Assembly: GCA_026025795.1 (NCBI GenBank)
Contig: JAPEUG010000037.1
Span: 1-64,000, forward strand
Direction of reading: 5' to 3'
DNA length: 64,000 bases
DNA from: Thelocarpon superellum
Lineage: Eukaryota
Shown one piece after another: positions 39,333 through 50,493 of this stretch. The notes beneath the pieces are model-generated. The model was not told where the DNA came from and made no database searches. It worked only from the letters and a program-made list of their open reading frames with translations. Made by a program: the position numbers and the translations under genes. Position 1 is the first letter of the stretch; each line of letters opens with the position of its first letter.

Positions 39333-39572
39333 ACTACGAGCAACTATATTACTACGGGCGGCTACTACTACCAACATACTACTAGCAGTAGCCGCCCGTG
39401 ATCGAATCACCGGAGACTTGGACAAGGTCCTCGGTTTGAAGTTGAACGGCCCATCCCATGTCCCTCGCCCGGTGCTTCCGAGGCCGTGCTAAAGGTGGAA
39501 CTGAGGCGGCTACTACTACTAACATACTAGTAGCCGCCCGTAGTAATATAGCAACTAGTAGTTGCTCGTAGT
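39333..39572. repeat. Foldback/inverted-repeat structure enclosing a 104-bp duplicated fragment of the ZRG17-like exon 1
   Basis: 39333-39367 is the reverse complement of 39528-39572 apart from a 10-nt insertion. 39400-39503 matches 38774-38878 with 4 substitutions and a 1-nt deletion. Confidence 0.9.
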
Positions 39573-39885
39573 ACTCGTCCTCGTACGCGTACCACATCGA
39601 CGGGCGTTGGCGAAACTGCGTACCACAGCTCCAGTACATGTCAAGTCACACCGTTTGCCTCTCTCATCATATGACGACAGTGATGGACAGAGTCGGCTGA
39701 TCAGGCCTCTACACCAGAGCCACTGGGAATTCGGGCGTTCCCTTCACCTCGTCTGTTGCAACGATCGCACAGCGGGTCCCCTGCTCCACCGACGGGAGAT
39801 GTCCTCAAGAACGAGCGCGACACCAACCCCCAGACCCTAATCCGTCACATCGATCAACCATCACCACCAACTGTGATGCCAGACA

Positions 39886-40962
39886 ATGTTGAATCGATCA
39901 GCCACTCGCCGAAATGAAAAGGACGGCGATCCCTGGGTGGCTGGCAATCCCACTCCATCTAACGAACCACACGTCCACGGCCCGACGCCCATCGGTCATA
40001 AACGGAGTGTATCCGGAAGCATCCTAGCGAAGCTATCCTTCCTGCGAGGGAGCTATGATCAAGAGACCTCACAGGTCAATGCAGGCGAAGATGGACCGAT
40101 CAAAGAAGAGGCCCTCAATCGAGACGGCCCCAGCGAGGACGGGGCCGGCTCAAACGGCGCGCCTCAGCCGGTCAAGAATCGAAGGCGCAAGGGCTCTCTC
40201 CGCAAGACGGCTTTGATGGGACCGGCGCGTCACCGTCTGCAAGGCCGCGACCACCGGGGATCATCGCTACAAACCCCGCAGCCGGGTCTCGAAAGTCTCC
40301 AAGACACCAGCCCGACGTCACCGGAGAAGACGCATGGCTATCGGAACTATCATTTCCCGGAGGAGCCGCACACCAAGGAGCCGCCCATCAACGGCCCATC
40401 GATCGACGCACAACCCAGCCACGACGCGTGGACCGCCCCGCGTGCCGGGGCCGCTCTGGTCGAGACCTCGACGACGGACGACGAGGACGTGCTCACCTTC
40501 CCCCGTCGCCCCGTCGACGGCTCCACCGTCCAATCAAGCAATAAAGCCCTCTCCACCAAGGGCGACTCATATTTCCCGCCCCAGAGCAGCGGGAGCGTGC
40601 GCCGCCGTACCAGCAACAAGAACAAGCCCGCTCCCTCCATCCTCCCCCCCGAATCTCCCCCGGCGCTGGACGAATGGGACTACTCCGAGACGGCGTGGTG
40701 GGGGTGGGTGATGCTGATCGTGACGTGGGTGGTCTTTGTAGTAGGCATGGGAAGCTGTCTGGAGGTCTGGTGCTGGGCGTGGGATGTGGGCGAGACACCG
40801 CCTGCACCGCCGGAGCTCGAAAACGACCCGACCCTGCCCATCGTCGGCTATTATCCCGCCCTGATGATCCTCACGGCCGTCATGGCTTGGGTCTGGGTCG
40901 TGGTGGCCTGGATCGGGATGAAGTATTTCAAACACGCCAAGATCTCGGGGGAGGATCTGTGA
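39886..40962 (+). CDS. Two-TM protein with C-terminal PIG-Y/Eri1-like domain (GPI-GlcNAc transferase subunit-like) and long disordered N-terminus
   Basis: C-terminal WGWVMLIVTWVVFVVGMGS...LPIVGYYPALMILTAVMAWVWVVVAWIGMKYFKHAK resembles fungal PIG-Y domain proteins; single 358-aa ORF. Confidence 0.7.
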   Translation: MLNRSATRRNEKDGDPWVAGNPTPSNEPHVHGPTPIGHKRSVSGSILAKLSFLRGSYDQETSQVNAGEDGPIKEEALNRDGPSEDGAGSNGAPQPVKNRRRKGSLRKTALMGPARHRLQGRDHRGSSLQTPQPGLESLQDTSPTSPEKTHGYRNYHFPEEPHTKEPPINGPSIDAQPSHDAWTAPRAGAALVETSTTDDEDVLTFPRRPVDGSTVQSSNKALSTKGDSYFPPQSSGSVRRRTSNKNKPAPSILPPESPPALDEWDYSETAWWGWVMLIVTWVVFVVGMGSCLEVWCWAWDVGETPPAPPELENDPTLPIVGYYPALMILTAVMAWVWVVVAWIGMKYFKHAKISGEDL

Positions 40963-41207
40963 GCTGCACCACCGGGGGGCCATGGGCGACGCGGTGGGGA
41001 CCGCGAGCATCCATATCGAGTCATTCAGCGAGGGCATTCGCACGGACGATGTTGGGGAGGGATGTCATCGTGGCGTCGAACCATCTAATCACACGATCAA
41101 GTGCCGAGCAAGTGTGTTGAATGCATGTCAGAAGCATCAAAGCAGCAGAATGAAATCTAGAACACAGAGTCACAGTATCCTCCACCTCCACCTCACCCTC
41201 ACCCTGA

Positions 41208-42010
41208 TCAATCCTCCGTAAAAGCAGCATAAGCCTCCCCATCCATCAACCCCTCGAGATCTTTCGGATCGGCAATCGTAATCTTTGCGATCCACCCCTC
41301 GGCCTCAGGTCCCTTATTGATCGTGCCCGGTTTATCCTCCAGCACGGCATTGGCCTCGACCACGGTGCCCGAGACGGGCGTCAGGATGTCCGAGGCCGAC
41401 TTGACCGATTCCACGGCTCCGATGGCGTCGCCCGCGCTGACTTCCAGCTCGGCCGTCGGGAGCTCTACGTATACCACGTCTCCGAGTGATTTGGCCGCGT
41501 ACTTGGATATCCCGATTGTTCCTGGTGACGTCGGTCAGTATTTGACGCTACTACGAAGAAGGGGAATGAAGGAGAGAGAAAGAATGCAGAGTGGGGGTGA
41601 TGAAAAGAAAAGGTTGAGAGGGAACATGGCAACCCACCAGTCGACCCATCATCGCTCAGTTCAATCCATTCGTGATCTTCCGTGTATTTCTTGACGGCCA
41701 CTGATGATCGTCAGCATCGGCTTCCACATCTATATCCGTATCAACCGTCGATGGACGGGGGATAGGCAGAGTGCGGAAGAGGAGCTAGGACCCTACCAGC
41801 AGAAGAGGCAGAGAATGCTCTCACTCCCATACTTGAAGCCGAGCTACTTCGCGCAAGAGGGGCAGCATGTTGACGAGACAGCGGAGACGAGCGAGAGGTG
41901 TATTGCACAGGTCGATGTGAGACGAGGAGGCATGCGGAGGAAGAAACAGGTCGCGACGAGAGCCGTGATGAGCGCAAGGCGCGTGAGGTTCGTGCAATTG
42001 ATGCCATCAT
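41208..42010 (-). CDS. GCV3: Glycine cleavage system H protein, mitochondrial
   Basis: Presequence exon, KKYTEDHEWI, GTIGISKYAAKSLGDVVYVELP and lipoyl motif AVESVKSASD. Introns 41796..41701 and 41637..41522. Confidence 0.95.
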
Positions 42011-42393
42011 AGGACGGGCGCACACGAGAGTATCTCTATGCCGATGTTTCCACGAGTGATGCAGAGGCAAAGGTGGAATAAAGGCGGAGGTGGAGGTGGA
42101 GGAGCAAGAGCAGAGGAATATACCACGCATGAAATGAGAGCGTGGGGCACGCCAAAGTGGCTCAACCATGCGCTTGTGGATCTTTGGCTTGCTCCCGATG
42201 TGTCTAGCCCGCCTAGCTCCTGGCTCCTGGCTCCTGGTTCCCGTCGTGGACTGTGTCCAGTCTGCCCGTCTTAGTCATCCCGAGATCCTCACGATAGTTA
42301 CAGTGTTGCCCAAGCTCGTCCACACTTCCAATCTGATGGGCAACAGCCACAAACGGCACTGCAACCACCAATTCCGGGGCCCCAACATCCATC

Positions 42394-42959
42394 ATGCTCT
42401 ACGAGCTGATAGCAATTGTAAGTCACGCTGATGAGAGAAGTGATCCATCATGATAATCTCATGCCAACATCTCGTTGCAGGTCCGGCCCGGCAACCTAGT
42501 GGAGGTGAAGGAGTAAGTGGACGCTCTCCCCGCCCGGCGCGAGAAGACAAGACAGGCTCTACCTCTCGTCGACCTACGCCTATCGTAGCTACAAGGAGCC
42601 TACACACTGACTAGCTCGTTCTCCCCGCCAGAATCGCCAGATCGACCGGCAGTCTGATCCTCTCCAACGGCGGCGTCATCCGCGGCATATCCAACTGGGG
42701 CCCGTTTCTCCTCCCGCGCACCGTGCGCATCCACCAGGCCACGCACCAGGCGGGCCACTACTTCGTCATGCGGTTCGACGCGTCCGGGCCGACGCAGGAG
42801 ATGGTGCGGCGCACGCTGGGGCTCGATCCGCGCATGGTGCGCTTCAGCGTCGTCAGGCTCGGCCGGACGCTGGAGGAGATTGGGACCGTGCCGGGCCGGA
42901 TCAGGTGGCGGGCGGCGGATGAGTGGCGGCGAGAGGGCAATGGCTTGTTTGGTGCTTAG
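42394..42959 (+). CDS. MRP17: Mitochondrial ribosomal protein bS6m (Mrp17)
   Basis: Spliced translation MLYELIAI|VRPGNLVEVKE|IARSTGSLILSNGGVIRGISNWG...GHYFVMRFDAS...LDPRMVR. Introns 42418..42480 and 42513..42631. Confidence 0.92.
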
Positions 42960-43175
42960 CGGGAAAGTGTAGATGAGTCCTTCCTGTGCGCGGCATGCGT
43001 GCTTCATGGCGTCGAGGCTGGTGTTGGGGTCGTTATTTGGCATGGTCGATTGGGTATGCTGCATCTAGTCTCATCGCGCCTACGTGTGCCATACGTACTG
43101 TCTCTGGAGCGCACACTCGTGGAACCCACGTGAGATACTATGGATAAAGGAAGGTACAGTTGCTACACATTACTA

Positions 43176-44657
43176 TCATTGACGCAATTCTTGTCGAGTC
43201 GGTTCTGCGGACGATGGCAGCTCTCCCGGTGGCGAATACGAATGCGACGCCACGTTCATTGACGGCTCCGAGGTGAGATCCGTAATCCGCGAAGAGGGCG
43301 CCGCGTCTGGTGCGGGTTCCGTAGAGGCAGGAGGCGTCACGCTTGCCCGTGGTCCCGGAGACACCGCGTCTGGAGGTGTCTCTGGAGACGACCCCATCGG
43401 TGCGTTCGTCACCAGAGGCTCTACCTTCTCGTCTCCACCGTCTCCCTCCCCGGCTGCCCCAACTCCCTTCCACATCCCGTCAGATGGCGCAACGCCATAC
43501 TGCTGAGTCGCCATTGGTGCGGCCGCAGCTGCCGGCGGCCCCGTCGCCGGACTAACGGCGCCCGGGGGAGCTCCACGCCCGGCCCAGGCTGGTGGTGTTC
43601 CCAGGATCGGCGGATAGCGCAATCGGAACCCCCAAGCGAGCCATAGGCCCAGCCGTTTCGATGGCGGTGTCTGCGCCCACTGCTTGAGCAAGACCTGTTG
43701 GTCGGCCGGCGATCGAGCCTCGAACCCGCTGCGACACAAGACGAGCAAGACCAACGACGGCGGCGGAAATAGTCCGGCAAAGGCAAAGGGTAATCCGCGG
43801 CGTGCCTTGTGGCCCTTCATCAAGGAGCTGAACACCACCCAGCTCTCCAATAACCCCGCGATGAGGAAGATGACGAACCAGACCAGGATGACAATGACCG
43901 CCACGGCCCACGCGGGAAAGCCGCTGCAGCCACTGGTGAGGGAAGCTCTCCCATTCAGGTACGCCAGTGAGCAGTAGGTCGCTAGGTCTGAGATGCCCAA
44001 CGAGCCGGACGAGTCGGACGAGCCGGACGAAGTTTCGACGCTACCTGGAGATCCAGTGCCCGTTGCGATGTAGTTGGGAGGGGTGCAAGGATAGATGCCC
44101 AGATATGAGTTTTGCGAGCTGATGCTGGACAAGACGTCGCTCGGGAGGGCGGTGGGATTCACAAAGGCGTTGATGACGGTCATGGCATTCAACACCGACC
44201 CGACGGACGTTGATGTTGCCGTCGCGGTGACGGCATTGGCCGCCTCTCCGGGAACAAAGACTTGAGCGGCGGTGGTGAGGGTCCATTTGTCCGTGCAGGA
44301 CGATGGCGCGGTATAGGTGAGGTTGACATAGTAGTCCGTCACGAGCAGGCTGAAGTCGATCGTTTCCGACACCGCCGTCCCAGCGCCGGCGCCAAAGTAC
44401 AAGTTTACCTCGGTGACGCTCTCAAAGGAATCAATGCTGGTGGACGTTGAGAGGGGCGTGGGGAGTGGTGTGGCCGTCGGGGTGATGCTGACCGTGTCCG
44501 TATCCAGAATGGGCGATTCCGTCACCAGACCGTTGGTGAAGCCGGGAGCAAAAGTCGACGTGATCACGCCGTAATAATTCGTCGCCAGCCATGGCGCCGC
44601 GCGCACAAGGGTGCAAGACGCGGACCACGCGACGAAGAGGCTCGACAGGGACCGCAT
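43176..44657 (-). CDS. Hypothetical membrane protein: signal peptide, Ser/Thr-rich ectodomain, TM helices, Pro/Ala-rich tail
   Basis: Long open frame with coding-like codon use. MRSLSSLFVAWSASCTLVRA is signal-like; hydrophobic segments WAVAVIVILVWFVIFLIAGLL and LPFAFAGLFPPPSLVLLVLC. No family recognised. Confidence 0.75.
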   Translation of the reverse strand: MRSLSSLFVAWSASCTLVRAAPWLATNYYGVITSTFAPGFTNGLVTESPILDTDTVSITPTATPLPTPLSTSTSIDSFESVTEVNLYFGAGAGTAVSETIDFSLLVTDYYVNLTYTAPSSCTDKWTLTTAAQVFVPGEAANAVTATATSTSVGSVLNAMTVINAFVNPTALPSDVLSSISSQNSYLGIYPCTPPNYIATGTGSPGSVETSSGSSDSSGSLGISDLATYCSLAYLNGRASLTSGCSGFPAWAVAVIVILVWFVIFLIAGLLESWVVFSSLMKGHKARRGLPFAFAGLFPPPSLVLLVLCRSGFEARSPADQQVLLKQWAQTPPSKRLGLWLAWGFRLRYPPILGTPPAWAGRGAPPGAVSPATGPPAAAAAPMATQQYGVAPSDGMWKGVGAAGEGDGGDEKVEPLVTNAPMGSSPETPPDAVSPGPRASVTPPASTEPAPDAAPSSRITDLTSEPSMNVASHSYSPPGELPSSAEPTRQELRQ

Positions 44658-45804
44658 CGTCAACAAACATGCCACGAGCCGGACGGGGGGGACGTGGTAA
44701 CGGAGACTCCGTTCAGCAACACAAGACGAAAGCCCACGCGACACCCAATGTCAGCCTGCGAGGCAGTGGGAGAGAGGTTACATCCACCCAACCGCTCTTG
44801 ACGTTGGGCCACATTGCGGGCCATGGCTTCTTATCAGCCGGCAGCTGCTGGGCGGCGCCAGCAGGCGGACCGTTGCAACCTCAGCCATGCACGTCGGCCC
44901 TGTGAGATTTGTCGGCAGCTTGGCAGGACGGGGGCGGGAGCCAGCCAAGGCGCGAGAACGGTAGGGATGCTGCAGCGCTCTTACTCCATCGGAACCGACG
45001 AATGCATGGCCTCTCGCCCGGTACGGGTAGGGTATGGTCAGTCAATCTCGGAGATCGACGTCGTACCCCAGGCACGAGAGCTCGTCCTCCTTCTCCTACT
45101 CCAGCACATCAGCAGTGACCAGCAGACGACCATGGCTTATGCGGTACAGCGTCTGCCCAAGGGTCCTCAGGGTGGGAAACGGCTTCCGAGGGGCTAGAGC
45201 GAGCCGGTGCGGCTCAGGACGATGGCACCGCGGATTCGTGGAAACACGCGAGTACTCGTGCCATCTAGTAGTATGTTACTGGTGGACGGACGATCCTAAC
45301 CTCGCCCCATGCCTAGTACAAGGGAGGGTATCCCGTACTAGGCGAGGCGAGCCAGGCGAACAAGGCTGATTTTAATCACCTCGACCAGGGTCGATGGAGG
45401 CGAGTGGTCGACGGTGAGGAGATGGAGTAGGGTAGGGCTCCGTCATTGGCTACTAACAGCTGTAGCGAGCACGGCTTTAGGGGCCATCGGCGCACGTGAT
45501 CTTCAATCGAGATCGCTTCATAAAAGCGAGGTACTACTATGTTACTACTCGGATGTATGAGTGCGCGAGTGGACCTGTGCGCTATCGTATTCGCGCCCTG
45601 TTGCTGCCAGGCGGACGAGGGAGCAGGCGATGAATCCGAGGTGAGATTCAGCGGAGAGAGGTATTGGTCTTACAATCATGAGCGGCGTGGTCTCAACTAT
45701 GATAGAGCGCGTCATCTCCCACTTGATCCCGCACCGCCCGTTCTCCATCCTCCGATATTCGCCTGCCCATCCGACGCCCACAACGCCATTCCATCAATGC
45801 ACCC

Positions 45805-48743
45805 TCAGAAGAAAGTCCACCCCTTCTTCCGTTCCTTGGCCGCAGACGCGGCTTGGGACGCACTGGTGGAGAAGCGATTCTCGCGGCCATCTAGCTGCCG
45901 AAGACTCTCCATCTTCTCCAACACCAACTCCAACATCTCCTTACGACGGATGACGTCCAGGTGTCGGCGTACCTTGGGGTCCTCGCGCGCGAACCGCTCC
46001 ACTTCGGCGTCGGAGAGATGGCGTCCGAGCCGGGCGTCGAGTTCGCGGGGAAACTGGGAAGCGTCAGTAGGCATCCATGGGGCGGGCGTCATCATGGTCC
46101 ACGGACATTGTAGTAAAATTCCGACAGGAGCTCGACGTTGAGGAAGAGCACCGCCGTCGACGTGAGCTTGTCCGCCACCACATCCAGGAAAACTTCGGGG
46201 CAGTAGTACTTGTTCTGCTTGCTGGCACACTGTTTCGACTTGACCGCCATCAGTCGCATCTTGAGGATGTCGGCTCGGTCCCGGAGGAAGACCGCGTCCC
46301 GGCCTGTGAGGTGTCAGTGCCTGCCGTAGATGGGGCGAGCGCCCTCCTCACCCTTCTGCAACAGCGCCTGGCTGAACCCGCCAGCGCCACCACGGCCATC
46401 GCCCTCCACCACCACCTCGCCCTTGCGCACCCGGTCGACGAAACCCATCACATCCTTGAGCTTTCTCCGCCCGCCCACCTCCTTTTCCACCGTCTGCATC
46501 GCCGCGTCACACGCCTTGAGCTCCGATTTGAGGCCTCCCCCGACGCTCTCGCGTCCCTTGCTCCATTCGCCATCCTCGACCTCGATCTCAAACTTGTAGG
46601 GCTTGATGCAATTCTCGACTTGGTCGCTAGTGCTGTAGAAGCGTTCGTTGAGGATACCCGATGCCGCGCTTGTGATGGCGTCGCGGGCAAAGGGGTGCGC
46701 GGAAAACGTCGAGGCCGCGATCAGCTGGTCGACGTGCGACTGGAGCGCGTTGGCCACCACCGTCGTCGCGAGCCGCCCGACCCCGAGCTTGGTCAAGGCC
46801 GAGGTCGACGCGTCCAGTTTCCGGTGCCACAGCGATGAGTCGGGGTCGGCCTTGGGGAGGTCCTTGAGCGAGTCGGGCTCGGGAAGGGGCGGCGTCAGAT
46901 CGTCCACCGGCTTGTTCCAATACCGCTGGGCCAAGATGTCCAGGACGCGCTGGTCGAGCTCTCGCTTCAGCAATTCGCGCACCTCCGGCCGGCCGAAATG
47001 TTCGGCAAAAGCCTTGAACGAGTGCTTGAAGCCATCCAGGCTCTCGGCCAGATACGATTCGGCGCTGAGCGGCCGGTCGTTGTACTGCACCTTGAACTCA
47101 TACGTCGCTTCCTCCAGCTCCTGGTGGATGGCATCGCTGGTGCCCTGAAGGCTCGACGCCATCGTCTGCTCCAGCACGTGCATGAGCTTCTTCCGGAGCG
47201 TGGCCGTGCCCACATCCACGTCCGCGTCGGGGCCAAACTCGGACGGATGGGCGGAGAAGAAGGCCTGCTCGTTCTTGCTGATGGCGCCCGAGATGTTGGC
47301 GTTGCCTCGCGAGAAGAGTCCCGAGCTGGGCGGCAGTCGCGACACCACGCCCACATATCCGAGACGGAGGGGGTACTTTCGGTCGTTGAGGATGCTGGCG
47401 CCGCGCGGGGCATCAACCAGATCCATCTTGGTCACGACGCCAATCGTGCGCTCGCCGCGCGGATCGACGCGTCGACTGGAGCGGAGGGCGGTCGAGTTGG
47501 CCAGGTCGACGTCGGCGGCGGAGATGGCGAGGATGACATTCGGGGCCTGGATGTATCGGTCGCAGAGGTCGGCGATCTTCTGCTTCAGCTCCAGCGGCTG
47601 ATCCAGCCCCGAGACTTGGATGTAGCCGGGGAGGTCGATCATGGAGAGGTCGGGGACGTTGGGGGAGTAGATGGAGAGCTGGATGGGGTCATCGGAGACG
47701 CAGTCTGCCTCAGGCACGGCGAGATTGAGATCGGTCAGGGTGCGTTGAATCTGGCCAAAGTCGGTGATCTTGCCGAGGCCTAGGGCCGGGAATTCTCCGT
47801 ACTCGGCTTTGGCATCGGGGGTGTTGACGAGGGTCAACTCGATGGGTCGACGGGTGACCATGTTGGCGCCTTTGGGAAGAAACTCATGTCCAACGATGGC
47901 CTCCAGCACTGAGCTCTTACCCGACGATTGCGAGCCAATGACGACGATGGACGGCAGCGTCAGGGCGTTGGATTGGCCCACGGTCTGTAGAATGCTCCGG
48001 ATCTCAATCATCTTCCTGGTCAGGACCATCATCTGATCGTCGCGCGCCACCTCTTCATTGGAACGAGCGTCCTCGTCCGTTGACGTGGAGTAGCCAAATG
48101 CGGCGGCCGTCGCGCCGGCCGCCGCGACGCCCGATCGACTTTGCTTGGGCGGGCCCTCCGGCCCGGACGATTCACCCTCTCCGCCCGAGGACTTCTCGCC
48201 CAAACGCTGGAGCGAGTGGAGCCATTCGGAGTTGGTGAGCTCTGCCTTAGTCTGTAGCCAGCCTCTTCGGGTTTGCTCGGCAATGTCCTGTGCCCCGCCG
48301 AACATGGTTCCGGCCGTGGCGGTGGCGGTGTCGCCGGCTCGTCGGAAGAGATCCAACGCGTAATTTCCCGCCTCTGCAGTCCGATCATCAGCTCATGGGG
48401 CGCTGGAGATTCGGCTGGAGCACATACGTGTGGCCTGGTATTGCATGTAGGCCAGACCGGCGATCATCGCCGCTCCAAACATGGCGGGGATGCGAGCAAA
48501 TTTGAGCACCAAATTGGGGATGATGCGGGCAAAGGAGATGGATCGCACGGCGGGGACATTGTGGATGGCGGATGAGCCCAAGGGCCAGGATTGTTGGCGC
48601 GCGTTGAGCGTGGTCTCTCTCCGCAGCAGTCCGCCCGTAGAGGTGTGGCCCGGATGGGCGTGACGATGGGCACGGCGCGCGATGGCCAGGCCGCCATGTC
48701 GGCGAAAGGACGCGGCGCGCGCCGAGATGAGGCTCGCGCTCAT
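45805..48743 (-). CDS. MGM1: Mitochondrial dynamin-like GTPase Mgm1/Msp1
   Basis: Presequence plus TM; G1 GSQSSGKS, G2 VTRRP, G3 DLPG, G4 TKMD; YYCPEVFL. Introns 48427..48374, 46351..46304, 46106..46054. Confidence 0.96.
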
Positions 48744-49181
48744 CTTGAGAGCGTCGTCGAGGGGCGGGCAGACCAGCACGGGGTGTATACCGACATATGG
48801 GATGGTCCAGGGTGGGAATCAGATGCTGTATTGGGCTTTATTGGGCTCTTTTTAGCTGGAGCCCACCTTGCTCAGATAGCACGTGATGTTCTCGTGGCGG
48901 ACTGCAGGTCGCTGGTCCTACGATGGGTATGCGTACTAACTTTAATTACGCAATGCTCGCTCAGTTTCGTGCCAGCGTCCGACGTCACTTTCCCGTGACT
49001 CCGGATCCATCGGGACAATTGTCGGATGGAGCGAAGTCGATCCCGCCAGCAATGCGCAGTGCTCCAGTAAGGGGAGATTATTAGGCACAGGGGGTGTTTA
49101 CATATGTTTGGATTCACGCCATCTTTCATCATATCCATATTGTACTTCAAGAAGCCCCGCCACATCACTGGATGCACCATC

Positions 49182-50493
49182 TCAGGCCGTCATCTTGAGC
49201 GCCGCGGCCCGTCGTCGAGCTTCCTCCAGCTTCTGACGAGCCATTCCGCCCTTCTGGCTGTCCAAGACGGGAGTGCTTACGCTCCGTGGAAGACCATCCG
49301 CCTGCGTCGGGTCCACCGCCGTTCCCGGGGCGGTACTCACCAGGCCCTTGGACACGGCGAACCCGGACGAGCGCAAGTACGAAGGACTGGCGTTGTAGAA
49401 CTCATCGACGATGGGGTGTATCAGGACAGTCTGCTTGTGGATGGTGAGGACGGAATTGGTTGGCACCGTCACCCAGTTATCTGTAACACTTCGTCAACTA
49501 GATGGAGGGGAAACGATGTCTGGCTGAAAGAACCCACCCCGCTCGAAGGTCAGGGGCTCGCTCGCCACCAGGACAATGTCGGCCCCCTTGTCGAGCCGTT
49601 CCATGCGGTAATGCCCTGGCGGCTCATGTTCCTTCCAGTTGGTCCCAGAGGAGAAGTAGAGACTGGCGGCCTCGTCCGTCCGGCTACTGACATAGCGCGT
49701 GCACACCACGCTATGACCGTCGGTGACTGCAAAATTGAGCAGACTCCGCGTGTCGAGGTTGGGCAGGTCTCCGTTCGTCCTAGGAATGTCGGCGATGAGC
49801 TGGTTAATGCGTTTGATCGTCTTCAACATGGCTTTTCGTAGCACGGTGTGGCCGAAACCATCCTCCCCGGTGGCGGCATTGGGATCGTGGCCCATCCTCT
49901 CCATCGTATCGAGGAACAAGGCAAAAGCCCACTCGCTGTCCGTCCCGCCTTGTACGCCGAGGAACCACTGATCCTTGATCGAATCCACCAAGGGACGCTT
50001 GATGTATTGCCATCCACCCACGTTACCGTTGTGCATCCACATTAGACTCCCGTGGCGGAAGGGATGGCAGTTGCTGTCGGACAGGGTGCCTTCCGTGGTG
50101 GCACGCACGTGGGCGAAGATGAGGGATGACGTCGTCTTGGAGGCGAGCCGCTCGAGGTTGATGCAGTTCCATGCCGGAATGGTGGAGGTGAAGATGCACG
50201 GTTCGGGTCCCAGCTTGGGGGAGGTGTAATATCCCACGCCAAAGCCATCGCCGTTGTGCGGTCGCCGCGTATCCTGACCGCATGAGCCTTCTGATATCCT
50301 TGCCTTTCGAGTCCATGTCTTACCAGACGCAGTCGGCAGTCGTATGACTGGGTCAAGATGGAGTGGGTGGGATCGAGGATGAGCTTGGACAGCAGGATCT
50401 CGTCATTGCCTTTGTACACCTAGTCACCACCGGGGCATGAGTGAGTTGCGTACATGCACTCCGTCTTTGGTGACTTGCCAGAAATCTGCACAT
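49182..50493 (-). CDS. DUG3: Class II glutamine amidotransferase-like Dug3 (glutathione degradation)
   Basis: Ntn start MCRFL|VYKG, RPHNGDGFGVGYY, FAHVRATTEG, NCHPF, MHNG, GGTDSEWAF, VASEPLTFE. Introns 50478..50420 (GC-AG), 50323..50274, 49537..49481. Confidence 0.93.

Noticed and set aside
42513..42631. Possible intronic H/ACA snoRNA in MRP17 intron 2 (AGACAA, hairpin AGGCTC/GAGCCT, then ACA)
   Set aside because: No room for a credible 5' hairpin, and the ACA lies almost on the branch point; likely chance.
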